Made by a program: the position numbers and the translations under genes. Below, piece by piece: positions 41,585 to 54,699 of a stretch of 64,000 nt of DNA. Every line of letters begins with the position of its first letter. Within the stretch, counting starts at the first letter, position 1. The notes beneath the pieces were generated by a model, which searched no databases, was not told the DNA's origin, and saw only the letters and a program-made list of their open reading frames with translations. Source of the stretch: Pelagomonas calceolata (Eukaryota); NCBI GenBank assembly GCA_918797485.1, contig CAKKNE010000005.1, positions 2,232,001 through 2,296,000 of the forward strand, written 5' to 3'.

Positions 41585-42616
41585 TTACTCGTCATCTGAC
41601 AGATCGTCCGTGATCTTCTTCGCCTTCGCGGGCCGGATCAGCGACGGGTGGAGCCGCTCGCCGTAGGCCTCGAGGAGGTGCTCCGACAACGCCGTCGCCG
41701 TCAGGAAGCGCCGCCCGTCGCGCTTGCACTCGTAGGGGAACTCGCGCTCGGCCGCGCGGTCGCGCGTGACGCCGCGCGAGAACTGGTCGTTGAGCGTCGC
41801 GCCGTTCGCCGTCTGCAGCCGGTTGTTACGGCCGAAAATTGCTTCATCGTCTTTTGCAATGCCCTGGCGCCGCGCATCTAACACATCGTCCTGCAACCCG
41901 CCATTTCTGACGCCGACGGCCGCCTGGACGTACCCAAAGATGCCCGACGGGTTCTGGCGGTGCTTCGTAGGCGCGCCCGGATGAGGCCGCGGCGCGGGGC
42001 CGACGGCGGGCTCGGATCCCGTCATCCACGCCGGCGTCGTCGCGCCGCGGCCGCGGCCGGCCGGTCCCGTTGGCCGCGGCGCGGGGCCTTCCACCGGTCG
42101 CGGCGCGGGCCCGACGGCGGGCGCGTCGCTCGGAGGCGCCGCCACCGGCCGCGGCGCGGGCCCGACGGCGGGCGCGTCGCTCGGAGGCGCGCCGCCGGGG
42201 TAGATGCGCCGCGGCTTGGGCTTCGCCGCTGGCCGGTCGGCGCTCCGGCTGCGCGGCGGCGGCGCGCGGCGATCGCGGCGGTCTCGTCGCGGCGACGGCG
42301 AGCGGCGTCGCGGAGAGCGCGAGCGACGCCTTCGCGGCGAGGGAGAGCGCCGGCGCCTTCGCGGCGAGGGTGAGTGCCGCCGCCCGCGAGGTGAGGGAGA
42401 GCGGCGCCGCCCGCGCGGTGGCGAGCGCCGGCGGCCGCGCGGTGATGGCGACCGGCGGCGACCTCTGGGCGACGGCGAGCGCCCCCGGGGCGAGCGCGAA
42501 CGCTGGCTGCGCGACCGCCGCCGAGGAGAATGCGAACGCTCTCTGCTGGGGCTACTGCTGTAGGAGCCAGAACTGCTTCCGGTGGCCGAATAGGAGCGCG
42601 AGCGCGAACGCGCCAT
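41585..42616 (-). CDS. RS/SP-repeat protein with a C-terminal C2H2-like finger (possibly splicing related)
   Basis: RRRSPSPR repeats; FPYECKRDGRRFLTATALSEH. Confidence 0.65.
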   Translation of the reverse strand: MARSRSRSYSATGSSSGSYSSSPSRERSHSPRRRSRSQRSRSPRGRSPSPRGRRRSPSPRGRRRSPPRGRRRSPSPRGRRHSPSPRRRRRSPSPRRRRSRSPRRRSPSPRRDRRDRRAPPPRSRSADRPAAKPKPRRIYPGGAPPSDAPAVGPAPRPVAAPPSDAPAVGPAPRPVEGPAPRPTGPAGRGRGATTPAWMTGSEPAVGPAPRPHPGAPTKHRQNPSGIFGYVQAAVGVRNGGLQDDVLDARRQGIAKDDEAIFGRNNRLQTANGATLNDQFSRGVTRDRAAEREFPYECKRDGRRFLTATALSEHLLEAYGERLHPSLIRPAKAKKITDDLSDDE

Positions 42617-42697
42617 GCTTGAATTGATCAATGACAGTCACGAGAGCGCCCCCGTCCACGCGTGGGCGCTCAAGCTGAGCTGCTGCATAATTTTGCG

Positions 42698-42720
42698 CTA
42701 GCGTGCTGTAAGACACTAGC
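42698..42720 (+). promoter_or_regulatory. Recurrent intergenic motif, copy 9
   Basis: CTAGCGTGCTGTAAGACACTAGC, in a divergent gap. Confidence 0.6.
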
Positions 42721-42925
42721 TGGCTTCAGGACTGCTTTTGGCTAAGGCTCTTATCTCAGCCTACAGGGTCCCAGTAGCTCAGCAGAAGTGGTCGACTAGT
42801 GCACTCCACCTCTCGCAGCTTCACAGCGAACAGCGGGCGCGGGGAACACCAACAGGGCTGCACAACAAGGCCTAGGTCACAGCGCTGTTTCGGCTCACCC
42901 CGCGTCGCACGATCCGAAGAAGGCG

Positions 42926-45193
42926 ATGCCGCGCCCAAGACGAAGAAGACAATGGGCCCTCCTCGCCCTGGCCACCGCAGCGACGGCATCATTACCGCCG
43001 CTGCCGAAGGACCAGCCGCCAAACGTCAAATCGGACACCGCGGACCTGACGGTGCTACAAGACAGTGATGAAGTGGAGGTCTTCGACAGCGTCGACATCG
43101 ACGATATGGGCAGAGGCTTGTACCCGGCCCTACCCTTCGCGGAGACGAGTGATGATGATAAGTCCGTGACGATCTACCGGCCGCGGAAGGACGCGCAAGT
43201 CCCTACAAATTGGACCGTCGACGCCCTCGAGGAATTAGTTACAAGGACGCCGTTTCTATCCTCGGAGGGCACGGTGGTCTTCACCGGTAAACTCTTATCT
43301 GATGTGGTCAGCGACGAGACCAATTGCCCGCAGGGCATCATCTGCGCGGCTCAAGATGATAACTCGAAGGCACTCATTGAGCGGCGGACCTGGACTTTGG
43401 AAGCGTTAGACCGAGCATCAGGGGAGCTGCTCTGGCGGGCCACGGCGTCGCGATTGGGCGACCAGGTGGGCACGAACACGAGTGCAGCGGTCACGAAACC
43501 ACGCAAACAGTTCTTTGCGACGGTCACCGAGACGGCTGCGGCGGTGGCCGCCTGCACGCTCGCGGCCATGTCCAACGATGCGACGGCGTTGGTACCGTTA
43601 AACGCGCAACCGGCCATCTTCTGCCCGCCACCATCTAGATTCTTCTCGCTGACGGCGGTACTCATGCTCCTGAGTGCGGCCGTCGCCATGTCTTATGGTT
43701 TGAGCTATGCGCGCAAGAACACTGTGCAACGCGTGCCGCGCATCGTCGCCGACAAGCGAGGCAGCGGCTTCTTCGGCACTAAAAGAGTAGATGTTCACCA
43801 AAAGCCCGCGGAGGACCGTTTACAGCTTGCGCAGGAGATAGCCGCGTTACAAAGAGCGGACCACGCCGCGGTTTTGAGATTTTACGCGTGCGACGTCCTG
43901 CCGTGCGGTGTCGCGCAGATCGCCGTCGAGGCGTCCCTGTGTACTCTACAAGAGGCACTCTCATCACATAAATGCCAAGGCCTGCCATCCGAACTCCAAC
44001 TGTCCTTGAGATCAATAGCGGAGGCTTTGTCATGGCTGCGAGACGCTCTGCCCGATTCGAAACGGCGGTGGCGCGCCACGCCGGACCGGATCGTGCTCGT
44101 GCCCCGTAGTACAAGTGGTAGTTTGTGGGCGGCTCATGAATTGAAACTGGTGCCGCGCGACGGCGATAACAAGGGCGACGACGTCTCTGACTTGAGGACG
44201 CTTACACTACAGTGTGCCGGTGAGAGTGACGACGCGCGGTGCCTGGAGATGCGGGAGCTAGTATCATGCGCGACGCCGCTGGCGTGGGCGCGGCACCCGG
44301 CGCTCTGGGATGAAAGTAGGCGGGTCGCGTTTTTATTGGACGCGAGCGACTACGCCGAGGAGACGTCGGAGGCGGACGCCTTGCGGGCGGCGATCGACGC
44401 CTCTCAGGGTTTTGACGACTGGCGGGCGGCGTTCTCTAGTGATTTCCTGCGGCACGCCGAGGCGCGGCGGACGTACGACGGTCATTCAGTTAGAGCGCTG
44501 CTGCGGATGCTGCGGAACCAGAGCCACCACATCCACACGTCGCCCTTCTCAGAACTGCGCACGCGCGAGGGCCTGCTCGCGTTCGTCTTGACTCGGTTCC
44601 CGTCGCTGCTGCTGCGCGTCTTTGAGGCGTGCCACGCGGCGCTGCCGGCGGCAGCGGACCTGCGGGCGTATCTGGGCTACTTTGGGTCGCCGGCGCTCGC
44701 GGGCGCCCCGGTGGCGCCGGCGCTGGTCGCGGCGGCGGCTGAGGCGCCGACTGAGCGCACCGAGGCGCCCGCCCTGCTTGTGCCAGACGAGGCGCCGACG
44801 GCGGCGCCCTCGCGGCGCGGGAGTCCCGCGTCGGACGAGGACGACCTGAACGCGCGCCTCGGGACGCTGGCGGTCGCTGACTCGCCGCCGGCCGCGCAAA
44901 AAGGCGGCAGCCCGCGCGGCATCCAGAGCCTCGACTCGACCGCGCCGCTCCCGACGGACTCGACGGCGCCGCTTCCGAAGGGCTACCGGACGCGGCTCTG
45001 CAAGCACTGGCTCGCGTCGGGCGGCATGCACTGCCCCATGACGGCTCGCGGCCTGCCGTGCAAGTTCGCGCACGGCGAGCACGAACTACGGCCGCCCGAG
45101 GAAGGCTTCGCGCCGCCGCCCGAGGCGAAGAAGCGGCGGCCGCGGCGAAAGTCGTCGTCGCCGCGGCCCGCCGCAGCGAATATCCCCTCTTGA
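42926..45193 (+). CDS. IRE1-like protein: lumenal region, TM, degenerate kinase, KEN RNase domain, CCCH zinc finger
   Basis: EELVTRTPFLSSEGTVVFTGK; TM segment; QEIAALQRADHAAVLRFYA; HPALW...FLLDASD...RTYDGHSVRALLRMLRNQSHH; YRTRLCKHW...C...CKFAHG. Confidence 0.75.
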   Translation: MPRPRRRRQWALLALATAATASLPPLPKDQPPNVKSDTADLTVLQDSDEVEVFDSVDIDDMGRGLYPALPFAETSDDDKSVTIYRPRKDAQVPTNWTVDALEELVTRTPFLSSEGTVVFTGKLLSDVVSDETNCPQGIICAAQDDNSKALIERRTWTLEALDRASGELLWRATASRLGDQVGTNTSAAVTKPRKQFFATVTETAAAVAACTLAAMSNDATALVPLNAQPAIFCPPPSRFFSLTAVLMLLSAAVAMSYGLSYARKNTVQRVPRIVADKRGSGFFGTKRVDVHQKPAEDRLQLAQEIAALQRADHAAVLRFYACDVLPCGVAQIAVEASLCTLQEALSSHKCQGLPSELQLSLRSIAEALSWLRDALPDSKRRWRATPDRIVLVPRSTSGSLWAAHELKLVPRDGDNKGDDVSDLRTLTLQCAGESDDARCLEMRELVSCATPLAWARHPALWDESRRVAFLLDASDYAEETSEADALRAAIDASQGFDDWRAAFSSDFLRHAEARRTYDGHSVRALLRMLRNQSHHIHTSPFSELRTREGLLAFVLTRFPSLLLRVFEACHAALPAAADLRAYLGYFGSPALAGAPVAPALVAAAAEAPTERTEAPALLVPDEAPTAAPSRRGSPASDEDDLNARLGTLAVADSPPAAQKGGSPRGIQSLDSTAPLPTDSTAPLPKGYRTRLCKHWLASGGMHCPMTARGLPCKFAHGEHELRPPEEGFAPPPEAKKRRPRRKSSSPRPAAANIPS

Positions 45194-45301
45194 TTATGTA
45201 TGTAAACGTTGTAAGTATGACTCTTTCTCATCGCGCCCGCCGACTACTGCCAACCCCAGTTAAGTTCGGTAATCACACATTAGGAATGACGATGGGTGGG
45301 A

Positions 45302-47881
45302 CTAGATGGCAAAAGCCGCCGGGGCCGGTCCACCGGCAACCCCCGCGGCGTAGACCTCGGAGCCGTACGGCGCTCCAAGCGTCGGCGCCAACGTCGGCAC
45401 GGGCGGCATAGGCGCGAGGTCCTCCATTGTTGAGAAGGCCGAGGGCGCCGGCGCCGGCGGCGCCGGTTCCTCCTCAGGTTCCGCCGGTTCCACCGGTTCA
45501 ACTGATGGCGAGTCCCCGGGCGCCCAGACGCGGTAGACCGGCCGCGGCAGCGCCAATGACGAAGGCGGCGCCATCCGTAACACATTGACGTCATGTAAAC
45601 CCTTGGCGACCATCGTCACGAGTAGCAATTTATGGGCCGGATGGTATACTACTTGTGGATCAAAGGGCAAATGGTATTCGTCCAACAGCACCTCCCGCAT
45701 CTTCACCGCCCAATCTTGTGGTGTATCCCGCAAAGCCTGCAACAAAGCATCATGGGCCCAAGATGCATGGTGCTGCGCGTGGCGACACGCCAACGCCCAG
45801 CACGAGTGCGTCTCGCACAGGATCAGCGCCAAGTCGCCCGCGTCCACTTCCAGCGACCCGAGCTCCTGCGCTAAAGCAACTCTCAACTGCATCGGCGTAC
45901 TACACACGGCGTCCCCGAGCAGCTCGCGCATCTGTCCTACCGAATCATCACTCATCGTGAACGGTCCCCACGCGTCGAGCGGTAACGTCAAATCATGAAC
46001 GGCCAACAGAGAACGGACTAGATGCGCCCCAATATAAGCCCCGACGTCGGGCAACGCTCTAGCAGCACGAACAAGCAACATGCAAGCAGAGTCGTTGATC
46101 GTATTGTCATTTGCTGTGGCATTATCAAAGACCTCCACAAACACCTCGGCGACCTTCTGGGCGTCCCTCCATTTGCGAGTCCAGCCCGCCTGCAGGACGG
46201 CGGCTGGTGTGGTTTTTGTTTTATGTCGTCCCGTAAAGACGTCGTTCTCGAGCGCGGCTTCCCTGTGTCGGGCTTCGTCCCTGCCGACCTCCGCTTCCCG
46301 TAGCGCTCTTCTGCATCTGTTGGCGCTTGCAGAGGGAGCGTCCCAGGCCGGGTCTAGAGTCCTTGATGGTCTTGGTGTAGGTGTATCTAAGTCACAGCGC
46401 AGGGGACAATTATCTAAGGAAGCGCGCCACGCTTCTAGCCTACTTGAATCTTCGCTCCGGAGGGCTTCGTCGGACGCGAGCCAGGCTAACAAGGCGTCGG
46501 CATCTTTACAAGCGGCTTTCGCACAGTCGACGTCCCGCAACGCGTCGTCTTCATCGTCTTCGTTAACAGCCGAAGCGAACCTCCGCACGCGCGCCGGCGT
46601 CCAGAGCTGGTGCGCCACGAACAACAAGGCCATGCGCTCGATCCTTCGCACTCGCGTCTCGTCCAGGGCCAAAGCATGCGCTTCGGTGTCCATCGATGAA
46701 GTGATTTCAATATCACAGAGCTGCGGGTGCTGCTCCAAGGCTAAACGCGCCTGCCGCAAGGCTTGGACGTCGGCCGCTTTCGCCACGGGCACCTTGGCCA
46801 CCAAGCCCTTCGTGAGGAGTAACCTTGCGAGTTCCAAACATCGGTCCGACGTCGACCGCGGCGCTCTGAATTGTACTGGGTAAGTAACACCAACAGCGTG
46901 GTTGCCCTCCTTTAGTAAAGACTGCAGCCGTCGCGCGAGCCGGTGGTACCGCACGGACCGCCCCGCGTCCTTCTTGAGGTCAACGAATTTCCGGCCGTCG
47001 TGGATCTGGAGGCGAGGAGCGTTCTTGGCCGCCTCCTCCGCGGCTAAGGCGCGTTTCGACGGCCGAGAACGCTTCGCGGGTCTTGACGATTGGGGAGTGG
47101 TGGCTTGCTTGCGCACGATGGGCACGGCCGCTTTGTAGGATCGCTTCGCCGGTAATCGAGAAGCATCGGAAGCCCTCTGAGAAAACACTCGTCCAGTAAG
47201 TCTCCCAAGCGCAACGCAGTGCTCCAAAGTAGACGCGTGGCGCACCGAAGCGAACTGGCCGCAGTGGCTCCGTATTTTATGTAGGGCGGTGCCGTCCATG
47301 ACACCATTACTATCAAGGGCCACGCGCCACTCGTGCCGCGACGCTCCTCTTCGTCTACACACATTACATGATATAATGACAATACCAGGCTCGTGCTCGC
47401 CGGCGTAGCGCACCTCGAGCTGCCTTGACCGCGTCGTGGCTCGCCCTTCGCGCGCGGCCTGCGCTTTTCTTTTAGCTTTCTCCTCGTCCAACGGTTCTTC
47501 CGGTATAGCCTTGCCCCGCTCCGTCCGCAACTCGACCTCGGTCAGAGGCGTGCCGTCGGGCCTCAGAATCTCGTCGAAGGCGTTCGTGATCTCGGTCCCG
47601 CAATCGCCGGTGACCTTTATGGATCGGTCGATCGTGCGCTGCATGAGTTCTAACGGGTCCGTGAGACTACCGGCGCTCTGGGAACTCAACTCGCGCTGTT
47701 CTTCCTCTGTTAGCGTGATCCTTTCCAGATGGGTACTTCGGACGGTCGCGGTGTCCCCATTGACGAACCGCACCTCGGCCCAGATGTGGCCGTTCGTGTG
47801 GCGCCAGTGCCTCAGGACCACGCCGCGCGCTCCCGATCGTCTTGCGCGCACGTGCATGTCTCGTCGCAGGTCGATGCCCAT
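45302..47881 (-). CDS. Hypothetical protein (859 aa)
   Basis: Long ATG-started ORF with an N-terminal SH3/KOW-like segment and a CNVC...HC...HC cluster. Confidence 0.6.
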   Translation of the reverse strand: MGIDLRRDMHVRARRSGARGVVLRHWRHTNGHIWAEVRFVNGDTATVRSTHLERITLTEEEQRELSSQSAGSLTDPLELMQRTIDRSIKVTGDCGTEITNAFDEILRPDGTPLTEVELRTERGKAIPEEPLDEEKAKRKAQAAREGRATTRSRQLEVRYAGEHEPGIVIISCNVCRRRGASRHEWRVALDSNGVMDGTALHKIRSHCGQFASVRHASTLEHCVALGRLTGRVFSQRASDASRLPAKRSYKAAVPIVRKQATTPQSSRPAKRSRPSKRALAAEEAAKNAPRLQIHDGRKFVDLKKDAGRSVRYHRLARRLQSLLKEGNHAVGVTYPVQFRAPRSTSDRCLELARLLLTKGLVAKVPVAKAADVQALRQARLALEQHPQLCDIEITSSMDTEAHALALDETRVRRIERMALLFVAHQLWTPARVRRFASAVNEDDEDDALRDVDCAKAACKDADALLAWLASDEALRSEDSSRLEAWRASLDNCPLRCDLDTPTPRPSRTLDPAWDAPSASANRCRRALREAEVGRDEARHREAALENDVFTGRHKTKTTPAAVLQAGWTRKWRDAQKVAEVFVEVFDNATANDNTINDSACMLLVRAARALPDVGAYIGAHLVRSLLAVHDLTLPLDAWGPFTMSDDSVGQMRELLGDAVCSTPMQLRVALAQELGSLEVDAGDLALILCETHSCWALACRHAQHHASWAHDALLQALRDTPQDWAVKMREVLLDEYHLPFDPQVVYHPAHKLLLVTMVAKGLHDVNVLRMAPPSSLALPRPVYRVWAPGDSPSVEPVEPAEPEEEPAPPAPAPSAFSTMEDLAPMPPVPTLAPTLGAPYGSEVYAAGVAGGPAPAAFAI

Positions 47882-48366
47882 CGTTTTTCGCAGCGCTTTG
47901 GGTTTTTGGTCCGGCGCGCGGCCTATGCGCTGGCGCGGTGGTGTTGCTTATGTGTTGCGAAGCTTTCCGCAAGCGATGCGGCCAGCGGCGCAATGCTTTC
48001 GGCGGATTCGGCTGCCTGGCTTGCGAGTGCTTTCGGCTCCGGCACGGCTCGGCAGGCGACGTCGGTGCCGCAGCGCTGCAGCGACCTTCGGATGCGGTCG
48101 TTCAGGCCTCGCGCTGCTGCTGCTTTGCGGTGTCAGCGAGTTTTTTATGCCCTGGTTTGGCACACAGAGTTTGTTGCTAAGTCTGCTGCCGAAAAACTAA
48201 ACCAGACCTCCGACGCCTCCGACGCCTCTCTGGCACGCGCTTTCGGACGGATCAGCAGAGTTTTGAAATCGGGCGAAATTTCTAGTGTGTTAATCTAGGA
48301 CTATCGTGATAGAAAGCGCAGCACAGAATCCGTAATTACGCGGGGACTACAAGCCTATAAGCAAAA

Positions 48367-51457
<3,091 letters not shown>

Positions 51458-51575
51458 ACCACAAGCCCCTCCCCTCCCCTACCCCGTCGTCCTAATCATA
51501 CTTGGCGCCAAACATAATGGTGATTGGGAGTCGTGTGGTAGGCGATGGGAGGAGGACGTGGAGCGGATAATGGGT

Positions 51576-52037
51576 CTACGCGACGACGCAGCAGGATGTG
51601 GATCGCGTCGGCGCGGCGTAGTAGTGGTCGAGCTTCCGCGGCGCGCGCGGCGCCGAGTCGTCGAGCAAGTTTGTCACGGAAATCGGCGACGGCGAGTGGG
51701 GGCTCGCCGGCTCCTCCGAGGGCGACCAAACCTCGGACTGGATCGTGTCGAGTTCGGAAATCACGGAGAGGGTCGTCGGGCGGGTGGGCGTGAACGGACT
51801 GCGCGGGCTTGAGTCGCCGTCGCCAACGGTGCTGTCGCCGTCGCCGCTGTCGTACGCGCCGCGGCTATGAGTCGCCGTGGATACGTCGCCGTGTACGCGC
51901 GATAGAGGAGGGCGCGGGCCGCGCGGCGGGCGCGACGCGCCGGCGGCGTTGTCAGCACGACGCGCGGCGTCCGACATGGCCTGGAGCGACTCCATTCGCA
52001 GCTGTCGCAGGCGCGGGTCCGGCTCGCGGCCGCTCAT
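51576..52037 (-). CDS. Small disordered protein ending in a CaaX box
   Basis: C-terminus SCCVVA*; start at MSGREPD. Confidence 0.5.
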   Translation of the reverse strand: MSGREPDPRLRQLRMESLQAMSDAARRADNAAGASRPPRGPRPPLSRVHGDVSTATHSRGAYDSGDGDSTVGDGDSSPRSPFTPTRPTTLSVISELDTIQSEVWSPSEEPASPHSPSPISVTNLLDDSAPRAPRKLDHYYAAPTRSTSCCVVA

Positions 52038-52310
52038 GGTGATGATAACGCGGCGAGACGGGAATATGAGCAAAAGAAAACACACAGCGCTCTTGTCGAC
52101 CAGAGCTATCAAGCTCCAGTGATTCAGGATATCGACGACCACGGACTGGCGTGACCCGCGTCCACAGCTAGGTACGCTTACAACGTTAACTCTAATCTCA
52201 AGTCCGACTCAGCTGAGTTCCTGGGCTTGCGCTCGATTTTCCCAGTGTTGCGAATGTCTCAAAGCAAGGTTCAATCAATTGAAAGCAGCCGTTGAGATCG
52301 CCTAGCCGCT

Positions 52311-52332
52311 CTAGCGTTTGTAAGACACTAGC
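52311..52332 (+). promoter_or_regulatory. Recurrent intergenic motif, copy 10
   Basis: CTAGCGTTTGTAAGACACTAGC, in a divergent gap. Confidence 0.6.
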
Positions 52333-52499
52333 AAGCAAGCTGACTGTGTCGCAAAGCAGCCGCTGCGTTCGACGACATAAATCACTGCCATTGACCAGGC
52401 GACGTTGCATTGATCAGTCGAGACGCACGCGACACGGGTTCCAACAGCTTATTGTAAACAGACAGGCATAAGCAGCGTTTCAGACCACGCACTCCAGCC

Positions 52500-53651
52500 A
52501 TGTCATCACTGTCGGCCGCAAACGAGGAGCAAAACGTGGTAACCATCAAGAATTTGAACTTCCGCTATGACACGGGTGCGCCGCTGAACATCAACGGCCT
52601 CGACTGCGTCATCCCGGCCAATAGCAAGGTCATCCTCGTCGGTGCCAACGGCGCCGGCAAGTCGACGCTGCTGCGCATCCTGACGGGTGTGATCTATTTG
52701 GGCTTAGAAAGCGATGAATTTGACATCGCGGGCACAGCCACGCCGCACGACCAAGCCATGGGCGTCGCGTACCTAGGAGGCGTCTGGAAGCGCCGCCGGA
52801 CGGGCTTCGAAGGCATCGAGCCGTACTCGATGGATATCGCCGCGCGCGACATGATGAAGAAGTGGCAGGATGAAAATTTGGAGAGACGAGATGAATTAGT
52901 GCGCGTGCTGGGCATCAACCTCGACTGGCGGATGCATGAATGTTCAGATGGACAAAGAAAGAAGGTGCGCATCATGCTCAAGCTGCTGCGGCCCTTCAAG
53001 CTCTGCGTCGGCGACAGCGCGGAACCCACCTCGCGGCGACGGCGTGCTAGCCTCACATTTGTTTCCCGTGCGCAGGTCATCGACGAGTTCGCGGCCGACC
53101 TCGACATCTTCTCGAGAGCTAGGTTCTTCGAGTACCTCTCGAAGGAGTGCGAGCTGCGCGGCGCGGCCGTGGTCTACGCGACCCACATCTTCGATCAAGC
53201 GGACAAGTGGGCGACGCACGTCGCGTTCATGCAGCTCGACAAGAAGCTGTCGCCCGTCCATAAACTTCACGACTACGCGCCGTACCAGGAGATCCTCGCG
53301 CGGACGGGCAAAGATCGCGCGTATTGCCCGTGCGTGCTCCGCGTCTCATTACTTCGTGACGCCATCGACGAGGCGCCCCGTCGCAGGATGTATGTCCTAG
53401 TCCTCGAAGAACTAGAAAGGCAGTACCGCGCCCACTCTCACTTGTTTGATGCGGACAACCAGTGCCTGACCGACGTCATCATGGCGGAGCAGGCTTGCGA
53501 GAAGGCGGCGGACCGCCACTTTTCCGAGAGCGGCAAGGGCTACGAGAGCGGTCGCGTCGCGCGAGCCATGGCCATCGAGTCCATGGACGAGCACCGGCGC
53601 AAACGGCGCGAGGAGGAGAAGGCGCGCGAAATTCTCGCGGCGAAGGCCTGA
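52500..53651 (+). CDS. Soluble ABC ATPase, CAF16/ABCI-like; introns 53007-53075 and 53330-53386
   Basis: GANGAGKST; WRMHECSDGQRKKV; VVYATHIFD. Walker B KLC|VIDE is restored by splicing. Confidence 0.85.
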   Translation: MSSLSAANEEQNVVTIKNLNFRYDTGAPLNINGLDCVIPANSKVILVGANGAGKSTLLRILTGVIYLGLESDEFDIAGTATPHDQAMGVAYLGGVWKRRRTGFEGIEPYSMDIAARDMMKKWQDENLERRDELVRVLGINLDWRMHECSDGQRKKVRIMLKLLRPFKLCVGDSAEPTSRRRRASLTFVSRAQVIDEFAADLDIFSRARFFEYLSKECELRGAAVVYATHIFDQADKWATHVAFMQLDKKLSPVHKLHDYAPYQEILARTGKDRAYCPCVLRVSLLRDAIDEAPRRRMYVLVLEELERQYRAHSHLFDADNQCLTDVIMAEQACEKAADRHFSESGKGYESGRVARAMAIESMDEHRRKRREEEKAREILAAKA

Positions 53652-53665
53652 TATATGTAATGTAC

Positions 53666-54298
53666 TTATCCCTTGCTCTCCGCGACGCCCCGCGGCGCCC
53701 TTGCCCGCACGGGCACGTCATCCCGCACGACGCCCGCCTCGGCGTCTTCCTCGTGACTCGCCGCCGGCGCCGCCGAGAAGAGCGCTCTCACTTCGTCCGA
53801 GGCCGCGTTGTACCGCGCCGACAGCGACCGCGGCCGCAGCGCCATGTGCGCCACGGGCAGGACCAGCGCGAAGGAAAACACGAGCGCGATCCACGTCAGC
53901 ACGCCGAAGAAAATCAAAGTGAGCGGCGCGGCCACGGCGGCGGCGAGCGCGCGGTTCTTGGTCGTGAGCTTGACGCTATAGCTGCCGATCATAAGGATGC
54001 GGCGGCCGGGGCAGGCCGTCACGGACGCCGTCGACGCTATTGCTGCCACGCACAGAGCAAAAAGAGATGTGGGCCACCACAGCAACCCCAGCGCGACGAC
54101 GAGCGTCGTCAGCTGCGCGTAGTTCGCTTTATAATGCAGCCAGTTCGTCGCCATGCGCGTGTCGAGGTCGCGCGCCGTCGGCTTGAACTGCTCGAAGAAC
54201 TCGCCCCACGGTCTAGCTCCAGCGTAGTGGAGGTCGAAGCGCCTCCAGGTGTCTTGGAGCTCCGCTAACCCATCGGTGGAGAGGAGCTCTTGGAACAT
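53666..54298 (-). CDS. PRA1 family (prenylated Rab acceptor) protein
   Basis: RPWGEFF...RMATNWLHYKANY...HMALR; hydrophobic hairpins. Confidence 0.85.
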   Translation of the reverse strand: MFQELLSTDGLAELQDTWRRFDLHYAGARPWGEFFEQFKPTARDLDTRMATNWLHYKANYAQLTTLVVALGLLWWPTSLFALCVAAIASTASVTACPGRRILMIGSYSVKLTTKNRALAAAVAAPLTLIFFGVLTWIALVFSFALVLPVAHMALRPRSLSARYNAASDEVRALFSAAPAASHEEDAEAGVVRDDVPVRARAPRGVAESKG

Positions 54299-54551
54299 AG
54301 TGCTGGGTGTGCTGCAGGCTATATCGCAGCTTAGCGCTGGCTTAACAACGATGTATCACGGCAGTCAGCGAGTTAGACAGATGCGTTTGCAGCCGTGAAG
54401 TCCACTCGTGTGGCTCCACAGTTCCGCTGTTACCAAGCTGCCAGCGGCATGAGCCTCGACATTTCTTCAGTCAATATTGCGCAAAAGAAGGCTCAAAGAG
54501 GTCCTTGAAGGCTCATATCGCGTTCTTTAAGTTTTGGCGGGCTTGCTGCTT

Positions 54552-54574
54552 GCTAGTGTCTTACATGCCGCTAG
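54552..54574 (-). promoter_or_regulatory. Recurrent intergenic motif, copy 11
   Basis: Reverse complement CTAGCGGCATGTAAGACACTAGC, in a divergent gap. Confidence 0.6.
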
Positions 54575-54699
54575 CCAGCAGGTGCGGCGGCAGCCGTAGT
54601 TTTATCAATATTACAGCAAGCAGAATTGGCTAACGAAGCAGCATCGCTCACCATCAATCAGTGCGGCAAGGCTGCAACCATCGCGCGCTGCGCGTGACG

